From positions 21,512 through 85,511 of the forward strand of contig JARLIA010000013.1 in the NCBI GenBank assembly GCA_031291955.1: a stretch of 64,000 nucleotides of DNA, written 5' to 3'. Each line of letters begins with the position of its first letter. The first letter of the stretch is position 1. A program made the position numbers and the translations under genes. This document shows positions 40,574 through 50,229 of this stretch, piece after piece. A model generated the notes under the pieces. It was not told the origin of the DNA. It saw only the letters and a program-made list of their open reading frames with translations, and searched no databases. This DNA comes from Minisyncoccota bacterium (lineage in GTDB: Bacteria; Patescibacteriota; Minisyncoccia; Moranbacterales; UBA2206).

Positions 40574-41344
40574 TCAAGACAGGGATGGCACCGAGACGGC
40601 ATAGTGGTGGAGATTCTGAAGTTGACGACTGTTCAAATTCTTGGACGCGGCGATTGCTTGCGCGATCATGCCTTTTGAAAATTCTACCGATGTTCCGACG
40701 CTAATCTTTCGTTGGGGCACGTTTTTTCTCAGATAATCCTCGATATAGATCTTGTGCTCGGCCGTAAGGGTTGAGTCGGAATTTTTTTCGAGATAATCAG
40801 CTAAAGCGCGTCTGGCCAGTTTCGTTTCGCTGTCTCCCCGCACTGCTGTTTCTACAAAAGCAGTTGATGTTTCCTGGCTGGTAGAAACCGATGAGGTCGC
40901 TTTGGGCGCGTTCTGATTGGGAGCGGTGTTCTGATTTTGCGGTTGCGCTTGTCCTTGCGGCTGTGCTTGCGCTTGTCCCTGCGGCTGTGCTTGAGTCTGG
41001 GGTTGCTGCTGAGTGTCGGCTTGGTTTTTTCCTTGATCGGAAGTTTTTGCGGTGTTGTTGTCCGTCTGGGCTACATTCTGGGATTGTTCAGTGGTTCCCA
41101 TGCTGCCGTTTAGATCGGGATTTTCACCCCTCTTGGAATAAGAGTAAATTCCGCCGGCGATCAAAATGACGATTACAACACTGACAATAATTCTCAAATT
41201 ATCCTCGAGCCATTGCTTTGACCGACTTTGGTCGGTATCGTCGGATGATGCCGACTGTTTGCTCGATTCTTCCTTGGCCGGCTCTTGTTCGCTCAAATTT
41301 TTATCTTTCTGATTCTGATCATTGGTCTCTTGGTTGCTTTCCAT
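40574..41344 (-). CDS. Single-TM hypothetical protein with Gln-rich repeat linker
   Basis: TM, QPQGQAQA repeats, C-terminal GDS.T.LARRA..YIEDY domain; strong RBS-like motif. Confidence 0.75.
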   Translation of the reverse strand: MESNQETNDQNQKDKNLSEQEPAKEESSKQSASSDDTDQSRSKQWLEDNLRIIVSVVIVILIAGGIYSYSKRGENPDLNGSMGTTEQSQNVAQTDNNTAKTSDQGKNQADTQQQPQTQAQPQGQAQAQPQGQAQPQNQNTAPNQNAPKATSSVSTSQETSTAFVETAVRGDSETKLARRALADYLEKNSDSTLTAEHKIYIEDYLRKNVPQRKISVGTSVEFSKGMIAQAIAASKNLNSRQLQNLHHYAVSVPSLS

Positions 41345-41905
41345 TTATTTTCACCTTCCTTTCTATTTTATCCGTCTGGGCGTTTTTCATAAACCAGGCG
41401 GAATTATTAAGTTATTAATGTGCTTGCGTTGAAGCATTCGAGCCAAAAAGGCGTCTTAATTGAATTTTAAGGAATGTTTGAGCAAGCGTCAACTAGACAA
41501 AGATATCGATTTAAGGCATAATAATCGATATTTTTTTATGTCCATTGATTCAAGTGTGAATCTCAAAAATTAAAACAACAAATCAAAATAAAAAATAGTC
41601 TCTTAATTTTTTTAGAAGGTACTGATTTTTTAAATTTCTGAAATAAATTTAAATAATTTGGTGTAATAAACTTTGAATTTTTAATTCTTATTTTGAATTT
41701 TGAAATTCTTTGCCTGTGGATAACTTTTTTCTATTGCAAATAAAAATATATATTGTATAATTTAATCAGGCGAAAGTATTTTTATCATAAAATATTTTCC
41801 GGTAAAAATAAAAAGGTCGAAAACAAAAAATTAAAAAATATTCCAATCGAAATTAATTTAAATATTTTCGATTTGAAATTATAAATAGAAAGGAAGGTGA
41901 TTACA

Positions 41906-42010
41906 ATGCCTGCCAAGAAAAAAGCCAAGAAGAAAGCGGTGAAAAAGACTGTGAAGAAGGCCGTGAAAAAGACCACCAAGAAGAAAGTTGCCAAGAAAAA
42001 GAAGAAATAG
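41906..42010 (+). CDS. 34-aa Lys-rich histone H1-tail-like peptide (absent from the ORF track)
   Basis: MPAKKKAKKKAVKKTVKKAVKKTTKKKVAKKKKK; AGGAAGGTGA 5 nt upstream; followed by a terminator. Confidence 0.8.
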   Translation: MPAKKKAKKKAVKKTVKKAVKKTTKKKVAKKKKK

Positions 42011-42114
42011 TCTTTTTTGAAACTTTCCCGATTAAATTCGGATTTCCTTCGGCTGGATAAAATAAATTATTTTGTCGAAGTCGTTCTTTAACGCTTAAGT
42101 GTTATTGAAAAAAC

Positions 42115-42147
42115 AAAAACCCTCCCGCTAAGCGTGAGGGTTTTTGC
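42115..42147. terminator. Bidirectional intrinsic terminator
   Basis: CAAAAACCCTC.CGC-TAA-GCG.GAGGGTTTTTG. Confidence 0.75.
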
Positions 42148-42158
42148 TTTGTTTGTAA

Positions 42159-42992
42159 CTATAATTTGATTTCAGCAATCCGCCATTTTCCGCCCAGATC
42201 CTTCCTGAATTTTATATTTGCCTTGGGAAAGTATTTCTTAATAAGTTTGGCGAGGGAAGGTTTTTGTTCGGGACTAAACTCCGCGTAACACATAATGTGC
42301 GGCACGTTACAATTATTTTGCAATTTTTTTATTTGCTGAAAAAGTTTTTCGTAATGGGCTAGGCCATCCTTATTAGAGAACAAAGCGGACTTCGGTTCGA
42401 AATTTTTGACATTAGGAGCGGTGGTGGCGTAAATCTTTTGAGAGAGATAAGGAAGGTTACTGGCAATTATCAATTTACAATTTACAATTTTCAATGACTT
42501 TTTATTTTTGAAAAAATAATTCAGAAGATCGGATTTTATAAATTTTATTTTTTTATCGACGCCGTGATTCTTGGCGTTGCGTCTGGCGATGCGAAGAGCT
42601 TTCTCTGAAATATCAGCGGCGAAGAAGTTATTTTTATTTTTTATGTTTTTTGCGAGACTAATAATGATATTGCCGCTGCCGGTTCCGATGTCGATGACGG
42701 TTTTATTTTTTGGCTCCAGTTTGATTATTTCTTCCACGAGCAGTTCTGTTTCGGGACGGGGAATGAGTGTGTCTTGGGTAACCTTAAAATCCAGGCCGTA
42801 AAATTCTTTCTGGCCTAAAATGTAGGCCATGGGCTCGTGATTTTCTCGCCGTTTGACCAGTTGATTAAACTTGGAATTCTGGGTTTTATTTAAAGTTCTT
42901 TCCGGGTGCGCCAAAACATATTCCCTTGATTTTTTGAGAATATGGGCTAGAATCAGTTCTATTTCAAAGGGCGGTATTTTATTGCAAGTCAT
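42159..42992 (-). CDS. prmC: Release factor glutamine methyltransferase
   Basis: EPMAYILG.KEFYG, LIPRPETE, DIGTGSG, SNLPY; directly downstream of prfA. Confidence 0.95.
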   Translation of the reverse strand: MTCNKIPPFEIELILAHILKKSREYVLAHPERTLNKTQNSKFNQLVKRRENHEPMAYILGQKEFYGLDFKVTQDTLIPRPETELLVEEIIKLEPKNKTVIDIGTGSGNIIISLAKNIKNKNNFFAADISEKALRIARRNAKNHGVDKKIKFIKSDLLNYFFKNKKSLKIVNCKLIIASNLPYLSQKIYATTAPNVKNFEPKSALFSNKDGLAHYEKLFQQIKKLQNNCNVPHIMCYAEFSPEQKPSLAKLIKKYFPKANIKFRKDLGGKWRIAEIKL

Positions 42993-44056
42993 CATTTCCC
43001 CAATTTCCTCTTAGTGTCTTCCTCTTCCAGCGCGGAAACGATTTCGTCCAGTCCGCCATCAAGAATTCCTGAGATGTTGCTCCAGCTTTCTTTTATCCGG
43101 TGGTCGGTGATGCGATCCTGGGGGAAGTTGTAAGTGCGGATTTTTTCGCTCCGGTCGCCGGTGCCGATCTGTGATTTCCTCGCGTCTCCAAGTTCTTTGG
43201 CGCGTTTATCTTCTTCGATCTGGAGAAGTCGTGAGCGCAAAACTTTCATGGCCTTGTCTTTGTTTTTCAATTGAGACTTTTCATCCTGACAGGAAACGAT
43301 GAGCCCGGTCGGGATGTGAGTGATGCGGACAGCGCTTTTGGTGGTGTTCACGGACTGGCCGCCCGGACCTGATGAGCAAAAGGTGTCGATGCGCAGATCT
43401 TTTTCTTCGATTTTCATTTCCACTTCTTCGGCTTCCGGGAGAACGGCGACGGTGGCGGTGGAAGTATGCACGCGCCCGACTTTTTCCGTTTCCGGCACTC
43501 TTTGCACGCGATGCACTCCGGATTCATATTTCATTTTTCCATAAGCGCCGTGCCCGTTGATTTCGAAAACCACTTCTTTGAAGCCGCCTATCCCGGTCTG
43601 GTTTGAATTGAGAAGGGTGGTGTGCCAGCGGTTCCGTTCGGCGTAGCGGGAATACATCCGGAAAAGCTCGGCCGCGAAAAGCGCCGATTCGTCTCCGCCA
43701 GCTCCGGCCCGGACTTCGATGATGATGTTTTTTTCGTCGTGAGGATCTTTTGGTACCAGCATTTTTTCCAATTCATGCTCCAGAATTTCTTTTTTAGCCG
43801 CCAGCTCGGCGTTTTCTTCCATCGCCATTTGCTTGAGTTCGCCCTCCTCGTCCGGGGAATTTATGATTTTGGCGTTTCCCGCCATGGTGTTTTCCAGTTT
43901 TTCCAGTTCGTTGATGCCCGCCATAACTTCCGCCAGTTCCGCCTGTCTTTTGCCAAGTCGCGCCATTTTTTGGGTATCTGAAACTATCCCCGGATCATTG
44001 AGCTGGGTGGCGATGTCTCCATATTCGGTTTTGATCTGTTCGATTTGTTCTTTCAT
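42992..44056 (-). CDS. prfA: Peptide chain release factor 1
   Basis: [12 protein letters not shown] (PxT), [15 protein letters not shown]. Confidence 0.97.
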   Translation of the reverse strand: MKEQIEQIKTEYGDIATQLNDPGIVSDTQKMARLGKRQAELAEVMAGINELEKLENTMAGNAKIINSPDEEGELKQMAMEENAELAAKKEILEHELEKMLVPKDPHDEKNIIIEVRAGAGGDESALFAAELFRMYSRYAERNRWHTTLLNSNQTGIGGFKEVVFEINGHGAYGKMKYESGVHRVQRVPETEKVGRVHTSTATVAVLPEAEEVEMKIEEKDLRIDTFCSSGPGGQSVNTTKSAVRITHIPTGLIVSCQDEKSQLKNKDKAMKVLRSRLLQIEEDKRAKELGDARKSQIGTGDRSEKIRTYNFPQDRITDHRIKESWSNISGILDGGLDEIVSALEEEDTKRKLGK

Positions 44057-44109
44057 TGTGCTATATTACTACTTAATGTATTGTATAATTAATTCAGGGA
44101 ATAATCAAT

Positions 44110-44382
44110 ATGAAGACTTTTAGGGATAAAATTACAGCAGTTGTCCGAAAAATCCCGTGCGGGAAGACTTTGACATATAAAGATGTGGCTCGGCAGGCTG
44201 GCAACGAGAAGGCAGCGCGGGCGGTGGGGAATATTTTGAATGTGCATTATAAATATTGCTTGGCCAATAATTTGCCGACCATTCCGTGCCACCGGGTCAT
44301 TCGGACTGACGGCCAGGTCGGCGGATATGTTTTGGGCGAGAAAAAGAAAAGGATGCTTTTAAAAAAAGAAAAAGCGATTTAA
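44110..44382 (+). CDS. Single-domain MGMT family alkylated-DNA binding/repair protein
   Basis: IP.G..TY, ARAVG, PCHRV, GGY. Confidence 0.88.
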   Translation: MKTFRDKITAVVRKIPCGKTLTYKDVARQAGNEKAARAVGNILNVHYKYCLANNLPTIPCHRVIRTDGQVGGYVLGEKKKRMLLKKEKAI

Positions 44383-44403
44383 AAATTACAGATTCAAGAG
44401 GAG

Positions 44404-44589
44404 ATGAAAATGCGGTCAAATGCGATGAGGGAAGTAATGAAACGACGCCAGAGAGCTTTGGCAGGAATTGGAACAGTGGAAATTCTTGGAATAAAATTCC
44501 AGGAAGATCCGGCCGGCCAGCGGTTAAGGCGGGAAATGAGGGAAGAGGATAGTACTTTGAAATCCCTTCCTCGACGTAGTTTCTTCTAG
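44404..44589 (+). CDS. Small hypothetical protein
   Basis: GAGGAG RBS upstream and hairpin downstream (44598-44635); no family recognised. Confidence 0.4.
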   Translation: MKMRSNAMREVMKRRQRALAGIGTVEILGIKFQEDPAGQRLRREMREEDSTLKSLPRRSFF

Positions 44590-44701
44590 GGGAGACCGAA
44601 GCACGCGAGCTCTAATGAGTCCTTTGCGTGCTTCTTTTTATTATATTGAGTAATTTCTATATTTAGGGTATGCTAAAGAAGTAAAAATTATTAACTTCTC
44701 A

Positions 44702-45637
44702 ATGAAAAAGATACTTATCATCGGCGCCAAAGGCATGCTCGGCCAGGAATTGGTGAAAGTTTTTAAGAGTGACAAGGATTACAAAGTGATCGGCTGGGAT
44801 AAATCCGACATCGACATCACGCGCGAGAAGGAAGTGGATAAAAAGATTGGAATTATCAAGCCCGAGGTCATTATTAATGCTGCCGCTTACAATGCCGTCG
44901 ACAAATGTGAAGAAAGCAAGAAAGAATTTGAGCTGGCCAAGAAAGTAAATGGCTTGGCGCCCGGGTATCTGGCCAAGGCCACTAAGAAACAGAAAGCGAT
45001 CCTGGTGCATTATTCGAGCGACTATGTTTTTGACGGAGATTTTGAAAAAATATTGGCCCGCGAGCCGCAGGGTTGCACGCATTCCTGCGCGACGTGCGGT
45101 TTGCACAACAATCAGGAGCTGGGTTTTTGCGAAGACGACCAGTCAAATCCAATCAATAAATACGGGGAGACGAAACTCCGGGGAGAAAAAGAAGTGGCGA
45201 AGAACATAAAAAATTATTATCTTATCCGCACGTCCAAAATTTTTGGCAAACCATCTAAGACGGAAGGAGCCAAAAAAAGTTTTTTCGAGGTGATGCTGGC
45301 GGCCGGAAAAAAGAACAAGGAAGTAAAGGCGGTGGACGAAGAAACCAGCTGTTTCACTTACGCGCCGGACTTGGCCAAGAAAACCAAGGAAATTATCGAC
45401 GCCCAGAAGCCGTATGGAATATACCACGTGACTAACAGCGGATCGCCGACTTGGTTTGAAGCTTGCCAGGAGCTGTATAAATTAGCTAAAATAAAGACAA
45501 AGGTGACGCCGGTTTCTGGGGACGAGTTTCCACGCCCGGCTGCGCGGCCGTTCTATTCGGTTCTGGTGAATACAAAACTCAATCCGCTCCGGGATTGGAA
45601 AGAAGCGCTCAAGGAATATTTGAAAAACAAAAAATGA
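44702..45637 (+). CDS. rfbD: dTDP-4-dehydrorhamnose reductase with Cys-rich insertion
   Basis: GAKGMLG, NAAAYNAVD, SSDYVFDG, YGETK, RPAARP. Confidence 0.93.
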   Translation: MKKILIIGAKGMLGQELVKVFKSDKDYKVIGWDKSDIDITREKEVDKKIGIIKPEVIINAAAYNAVDKCEESKKEFELAKKVNGLAPGYLAKATKKQKAILVHYSSDYVFDGDFEKILAREPQGCTHSCATCGLHNNQELGFCEDDQSNPINKYGETKLRGEKEVAKNIKNYYLIRTSKIFGKPSKTEGAKKSFFEVMLAAGKKNKEVKAVDEETSCFTYAPDLAKKTKEIIDAQKPYGIYHVTNSGSPTWFEACQELYKLAKIKTKVTPVSGDEFPRPAARPFYSVLVNTKLNPLRDWKEALKEYLKNKK

Positions 45638-45641
45638 AATT

Positions 45642-45893
45642 ATGCTGATTGAAATTGTCGGATATAGCGCTGGAATCACCACCGCTCTTGCTCTTTTGCC
45701 TCAGGTGATAAAATCCTGGCGCACAAAATCAACTAAAGACATTTCCCTAGGCTGGACATTGATTTACACTTTCAGCATGTTTTTGTGGGTTGCTTACGGA
45801 ATATTGCTGAAAGAAATTCCGATGATTACGACTCTCTCTATCGAATTGTTCTTGTATGTCATTCTTTTAACTTTAAAAATTAAACACGGATAA
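45642..45893 (+). CDS. SemiSWEET / PQ-loop transporter
   Basis: LPQVIKSWRTKSTKDIS, W..YG; three TMs. Confidence 0.9.
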   Translation: MLIEIVGYSAGITTALALLPQVIKSWRTKSTKDISLGWTLIYTFSMFLWVAYGILLKEIPMITTLSIELFLYVILLTLKIKHG

Positions 45894-45894
45894 T

Positions 45895-47139
45895 ATGAAG
45901 AATCTCAAAAAACAGGACAGTCAAGTGTATAAGGCGGCGATGGGGGAACTTAAACGTCAGCAAGAAGGAATGGAGTTGATCGCAAGCGAGAACTATGTTT
46001 CTGAAGCGGTGCTGGAAGCGCTTGGATCGGTATTTACCAACAAATATAGTGAAGGTTACCCGGGCCACCGCTATTACGGCGGGCAGAAATATACCGACAC
46101 CGTTGAGCAATTGGCGATCGACCGGGCTAAGAAGCTTTTCGGAGCGGAGCACGTCAATGTCCAGCCGCATTCCGGCGCGCCGGCCAACATCATTGTTTAT
46201 TATGCGCTTCTGAAACCCGGCGACACGGTGGTTGGAATGGATCTGTCGCATGGCGGCCATCTGACGCATGGCCATCCAGTGACACTTCCGGCCAATATAT
46301 ATAATTTCGTCCGCTACAAGACCAAAGCGGACGGTCTCATTGATTACAAAGAGCTTGAGAAAATGGTCAAAACATACCGGCCCAAATTGATCCTGGCCGG
46401 CTTTTCGGCTTATACCCGCCAGTTGGATTATGAAAAATTCCAGGCGATCGGCAAGAAATATAAAGCCGTGACAATGTTTGACATCGCCCATATCGCGGGA
46501 CTCATTGCTGGAAAAGCGTTGCCCAATCCCGTCCCATATTTTGACATCGTAACCACCACCACTCACAAGACGCTTCGCGGGCCGCGCGGCGGGATGATCA
46601 TGTGCAAAGAAAAATATGCCAAATTGATTGACAAGGCCACCTTCCCGGGCTTTCAGGGCGGACCGCACGAAAACAACGTGGCCGCCAAAGCGGTGGCTTT
46701 CGGTGAAGCGCTCCAGCCGTCATTCAAAACTTACGCCAAGCAGATCATCAAGAACGCCAAAGTTTTGGAAATTGAACTGAAAAAACATGGCTTTAAACTG
46801 ATGTTCGGCGGAACGGATAATCACATGGTGTTGGTGGATGTTTTCGGTTCCAAAGGCGTCACTGGAAAAGAAGCGGAAGTGGCGCTCGACAAAGTCGGTA
46901 TCACGCTTAATAAGAATATGATTCCGGATGATCCGCGGGGTCCCATGGATCCGAGTGGAATCCGTGTCGGGGTGCCGGCGGTCACCACTCGCGGCATGAA
47001 GGAAAAAGAAATCAGGATGATCGCCAAATGGATCAATGACACTATCGAAAATCATAAGAACGAAAAAAAACTAAAAGAGATCCACAAGGAAGTCATCGCG
47101 CTTTGCAAGCAGTTTCCGATTTACGAGAATTTAAAATAA
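45895..47139 (+). CDS. glyA: Serine hydroxymethyltransferase
   Basis: LIASEN, NKYSEGYPG.RYY, HGGHLTHG, TTTHKTLRGPRGG. Confidence 0.98.
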   Translation: MKNLKKQDSQVYKAAMGELKRQQEGMELIASENYVSEAVLEALGSVFTNKYSEGYPGHRYYGGQKYTDTVEQLAIDRAKKLFGAEHVNVQPHSGAPANIIVYYALLKPGDTVVGMDLSHGGHLTHGHPVTLPANIYNFVRYKTKADGLIDYKELEKMVKTYRPKLILAGFSAYTRQLDYEKFQAIGKKYKAVTMFDIAHIAGLIAGKALPNPVPYFDIVTTTTHKTLRGPRGGMIMCKEKYAKLIDKATFPGFQGGPHENNVAAKAVAFGEALQPSFKTYAKQIIKNAKVLEIELKKHGFKLMFGGTDNHMVLVDVFGSKGVTGKEAEVALDKVGITLNKNMIPDDPRGPMDPSGIRVGVPAVTTRGMKEKEIRMIAKWINDTIENHKNEKKLKEIHKEVIALCKQFPIYENLK

Positions 47140-47166
47140 TATTATTTAAGACAGAGGCCACATTTT

Positions 47167-48621
47167 ATGCGTGAAGACATCCAAAAAACCAAACTCGAAA
47201 AACTGGAGAAAATTAAAGCCGTCGGAATGGAGGCGTATCCGGAAAAAACCGAACGCTCGATGACCAACGCCGAAGCGCTGGAAAAATTTTCCGATTTGGC
47301 CGAGAGTCAAAAAGAAATTACTCTGGTCGGGCGGGTGAGATCGTTTCGGCTCATGGGTAACATCGCCTTTTCTCATGTCGAAGACGGAAGCGCCAAGATT
47401 CAAATATTTCTCAACAAAAAAGTCTTAGGCGCGGATTTGTTCAAACTCTACGCTAATTCCGTGGAAACGGGAGATTTTGTCGAAGCCAGGGGAGCTCTTT
47501 TTGAAACCAAGGCTGGCGAAAAATCTTTGGAAGTGCGTGAGTGGAAAATGCTGGCTAAAAACATCCGGCCAATTCCGACGGAACATTTCGGGTTGAAAGA
47601 CGAAGAGATACTGCTCCGGAAGCGTCATCTTGATCTCATGATGAATCCAGAAACGCGCGAACTTTTCCGCAAAAAAAATATTTTTTGGCAAACAACGCGG
47701 AATTTTTTGGCGGCGGACGGTTTTCTGGAAGTTCAGATGCCGGTTCTGGAACACATTCCCGGCGGGGCGGAAGCCGAACCGTTTGTGACGCATTACAATG
47801 CTCTCGATCAGGATTTTTATCTGCGCATTTCTTTGGAGTTGCCTTTGAAGCGTCTTTTGGTCGGCGGCTATGAAAAGGTTTTTGAAATCGGCCGAGTTTT
47901 CCGCAATGAAGGCATGGACCGTGACCATCTTCAGGAATTTGACCATATGGAATTTTACGCCAGCTATTGGGACTTGGCGCGTGGAATGGAATTTACCGAG
48001 CGGATGTATAAAGAAATAGTTTCGAAAGTTTTGGGCGGCTGGGAACATGAATATGAAGGACAGAAAATAAACTGGGAAACGAAGCTTCCGGTGGTGGACT
48101 ATTTCACGGAATTCAAGAAAGAAACGGGGATAGATCTCTCGGCGGACGTGTCCGCCGAAGCGCTTCGCGCGAAGGCGGATGAACTCGGCATCAAGTATGA
48201 AAAAGAATATGGCAAAGGCCGGATGATTGATACGCTCTACAAAAAAACGGTCCGTCAGAAACTCATCCAGCCGTGCTTTTTGGTCGGCCATCCGCTGGAA
48301 GTCTCGCCTTTGGCGAAGCTTGATCCGACAAGTCCCAAAAAAGTTCTGCGCTGCCAAATCGTGGCTGGAAGATCAGAACTCTGTAATGCATTTGCCGAGC
48401 TGAACGATCCGATTGATCAGAAAAACAGATTCTTGGAACAGATGAAAGCCAAAGAAGGCGGCGACGCGGAAGCCATGATGATGGATGAGGATTTCGTGGA
48501 AGCGTTGGAATATGGAATGCCGCCGGCATATGGCTTTGGCATGAGTGAAAGATTTTTCACTTTTCTCATGAATAAATCCATCCGCGAGACGGTCATCTTT
48601 CCGTCGGTGCGGGAGAAATAA
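47167..48621 (+). CDS. lysS: Lysyl-tRNA synthetase (class II)
   Basis: OB domain, GGAEAEPF, FRNEG, ELNDP, YGMPP.YGFG. Confidence 0.97.
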   Translation: MREDIQKTKLEKLEKIKAVGMEAYPEKTERSMTNAEALEKFSDLAESQKEITLVGRVRSFRLMGNIAFSHVEDGSAKIQIFLNKKVLGADLFKLYANSVETGDFVEARGALFETKAGEKSLEVREWKMLAKNIRPIPTEHFGLKDEEILLRKRHLDLMMNPETRELFRKKNIFWQTTRNFLAADGFLEVQMPVLEHIPGGAEAEPFVTHYNALDQDFYLRISLELPLKRLLVGGYEKVFEIGRVFRNEGMDRDHLQEFDHMEFYASYWDLARGMEFTERMYKEIVSKVLGGWEHEYEGQKINWETKLPVVDYFTEFKKETGIDLSADVSAEALRAKADELGIKYEKEYGKGRMIDTLYKKTVRQKLIQPCFLVGHPLEVSPLAKLDPTSPKKVLRCQIVAGRSELCNAFAELNDPIDQKNRFLEQMKAKEGGDAEAMMMDEDFVEALEYGMPPAYGFGMSERFFTFLMNKSIRETVIFPSVREK

Positions 48622-48638
48622 TTAATAATCTTACATTT

Positions 48639-49058
48639 ATGAACGAAAGTAAGCACGAAGGAGTCAGTATTTTATTTGTTAGCGATAATGAGGAGGTGTT
48701 GCTTTTTTTGAGGGATAATATTCCAAGTATACCGTTTCCGGGTTGTTGGGATGTTCCAGGTGGACATGTTGAAGAAGGTGAAACTCCGGAGGATTGCATC
48801 GTTCGCGAAATGGAAGAAGAAATAGAGATTAATATTGGAAAACCTGCCTTGTTCAAAAAAACAGATTTGAATGACAGAACCGAATACACTTTTTGGAAGA
48901 AAGCTGATTTTAATATCGACGATATAAATTTGCATGAAGGCCAGGGCATGAAATGGTTTTCAGAAGAAGACGCAAAAAATCTTCCAGAAGACAAGATATA
49001 CCTTGGATTTAAACCGATAATTCTGGAATTTTTCAAGGAAAAACCTTTCAATAAATAA
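48639..49058 (+). CDS. NUDIX hydrolase
   Basis: Nudix box GGHVEEGETPEDCIVREMEEEI. Confidence 0.9.
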   Translation: MNESKHEGVSILFVSDNEEVLLFLRDNIPSIPFPGCWDVPGGHVEEGETPEDCIVREMEEEIEINIGKPALFKKTDLNDRTEYTFWKKADFNIDDINLHEGQGMKWFSEEDAKNLPEDKIYLGFKPIILEFFKEKPFNK

Positions 49059-49065
49059 ACTATAT

Positions 49066-49653
49066 ATGGAAAATTTAGGCCTAAATAAACAACAAGCCGA
49101 CGCGCTGGTGGAAAAATATATTACCAATCCGATCACGAAACTGCACTCAATCGAATCGGAGGAAATCATGAAAGCGTTGGCCAGGAAATTCGGGGAGGAC
49201 GAAGAGGCGTGGGGCATCATCGGTCTCCTTCATGACATTGATTGGGACTTGGTGAAAGATGATACGATGCAACATTGCGTGAAGGCCGTGTCTATTTTGA
49301 AAGAGGCTGGCGCCAAGGATTTTTTGATTGAAATGATCCAGTCCCATGGCTATGGCATGGAGTTGATTCCGGCGCTAAAAGACAAAGTGAGAATCACCAG
49401 GCTCGAGCATTCTTTGGTGGCGGCTGAAACTCTCACTGGTCTCATTTTCGCCTCGGCTCTTATGCAACCGGACAAAAAACTTTCAAGCGTCAATCCAGCG
49501 TCTCTTAAGAAAAAATTCAAAAATAAAAAATTTGCAGAGCGTTGTAATCGTGGACTTATTTTGGAATGTGAAAAAGCCGGCGTGCCGCTCGACGAATTTT
49601 TGCAGCTTGGATTGGAAGCGCTGCAAAGAATAAGCGATAAGTTGGGATTATAA
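49066..49653 (+). CDS. HD/HDIG-domain hydrolase
   Basis: H...GLLHDID, SHG, LTGLI, KKKFK.K.FA. Confidence 0.85.
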   Translation: MENLGLNKQQADALVEKYITNPITKLHSIESEEIMKALARKFGEDEEAWGIIGLLHDIDWDLVKDDTMQHCVKAVSILKEAGAKDFLIEMIQSHGYGMELIPALKDKVRITRLEHSLVAAETLTGLIFASALMQPDKKLSSVNPASLKKKFKNKKFAERCNRGLILECEKAGVPLDEFLQLGLEALQRISDKLGL

Positions 49654-49658
49654 TAAAA

Positions 49659-50168
49659 ATGAACAAAAAGCCAAACAATTTCGCGTTTATTGATAGTCAG
49701 AATCTTAACTTGGCGATTTTAGACCAGGGCTGGAAGTTGGATTTTAAAAGATTCAGAAAATACTTGCATGATAAGTATGGCGTTGTTAAAGCGTTTCTGT
49801 TTGTCGGATTTATTCCAAAAAATCAGGAGTTGTACACTATGCTTCAGAAATTTGGGTACATACTTATTTTTAAGCCGACACTAGAGCTTAAGGACGGAAA
49901 GGTGAAAGGGAATTGTGATGCGGAATTGGTTTTGTACGCGATGATAGAATACGATAACTATGATAAAGCTATTATAGTTACAGGAGATGGGGATTTTTAC
50001 TGTCTGGTTGACTATCTGTTCAAGAAGGGAAAATTAGAGCGCCTGCTTGTTCCAAATGTCAAAAAATACTCATCGCTATTGAAACCATTTGCGCCGAATA
50101 AAATTGATTTCATGAATAATTTAAGACACAAATTGGAGTATAAAAAGCCCCAAAGCGGGGCAAAATAA
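49659..50168 (+). CDS. NYN-domain (LabA/DUF88, PIN-like) ribonuclease
   Basis: FIDSQNL, KGNCDAELV and TGDGDF acidic motifs; AT-rich. Confidence 0.9.
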   Translation: MNKKPNNFAFIDSQNLNLAILDQGWKLDFKRFRKYLHDKYGVVKAFLFVGFIPKNQELYTMLQKFGYILIFKPTLELKDGKVKGNCDAELVLYAMIEYDNYDKAIIVTGDGDFYCLVDYLFKKGKLERLLVPNVKKYSSLLKPFAPNKIDFMNNLRHKLEYKKPQSGAK

Positions 50169-50223
50169 AAAGGGGCAATTGCATAAGGACAAAACCTCAT
50201 GAACCTCCCCTCATCGTGATTCT
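50165..50223 (-). ncRNA. Candidate small RNA convergent with the NYN gene
   Basis: Lies just downstream of a near-consensus promoter; hairpin AGGGG/CCCCU, GUU/AAU, CAUGAGG/CCUUAUG (G-U pairs only on this strand); ends in a U-run. Confidence 0.5.
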
Positions 50224-50229
50224 GCTTTG

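Noticed and set aside
40936-41002. CRISPR-like or regulatory repeat
   Set aside because: 24-nt coding repeats (QPQGQAQA) without spacers; no cas genes anywhere in the window
41400-41880. Possible replication origin: long AT-rich intergenic region with a perfect DnaA box (TGTGGATAA, 41715-41723)
   Set aside because: Only one clear box, no dnaA/dnaN nearby, and gene orientation stays mostly + on both sides; more likely a divergent promoter region
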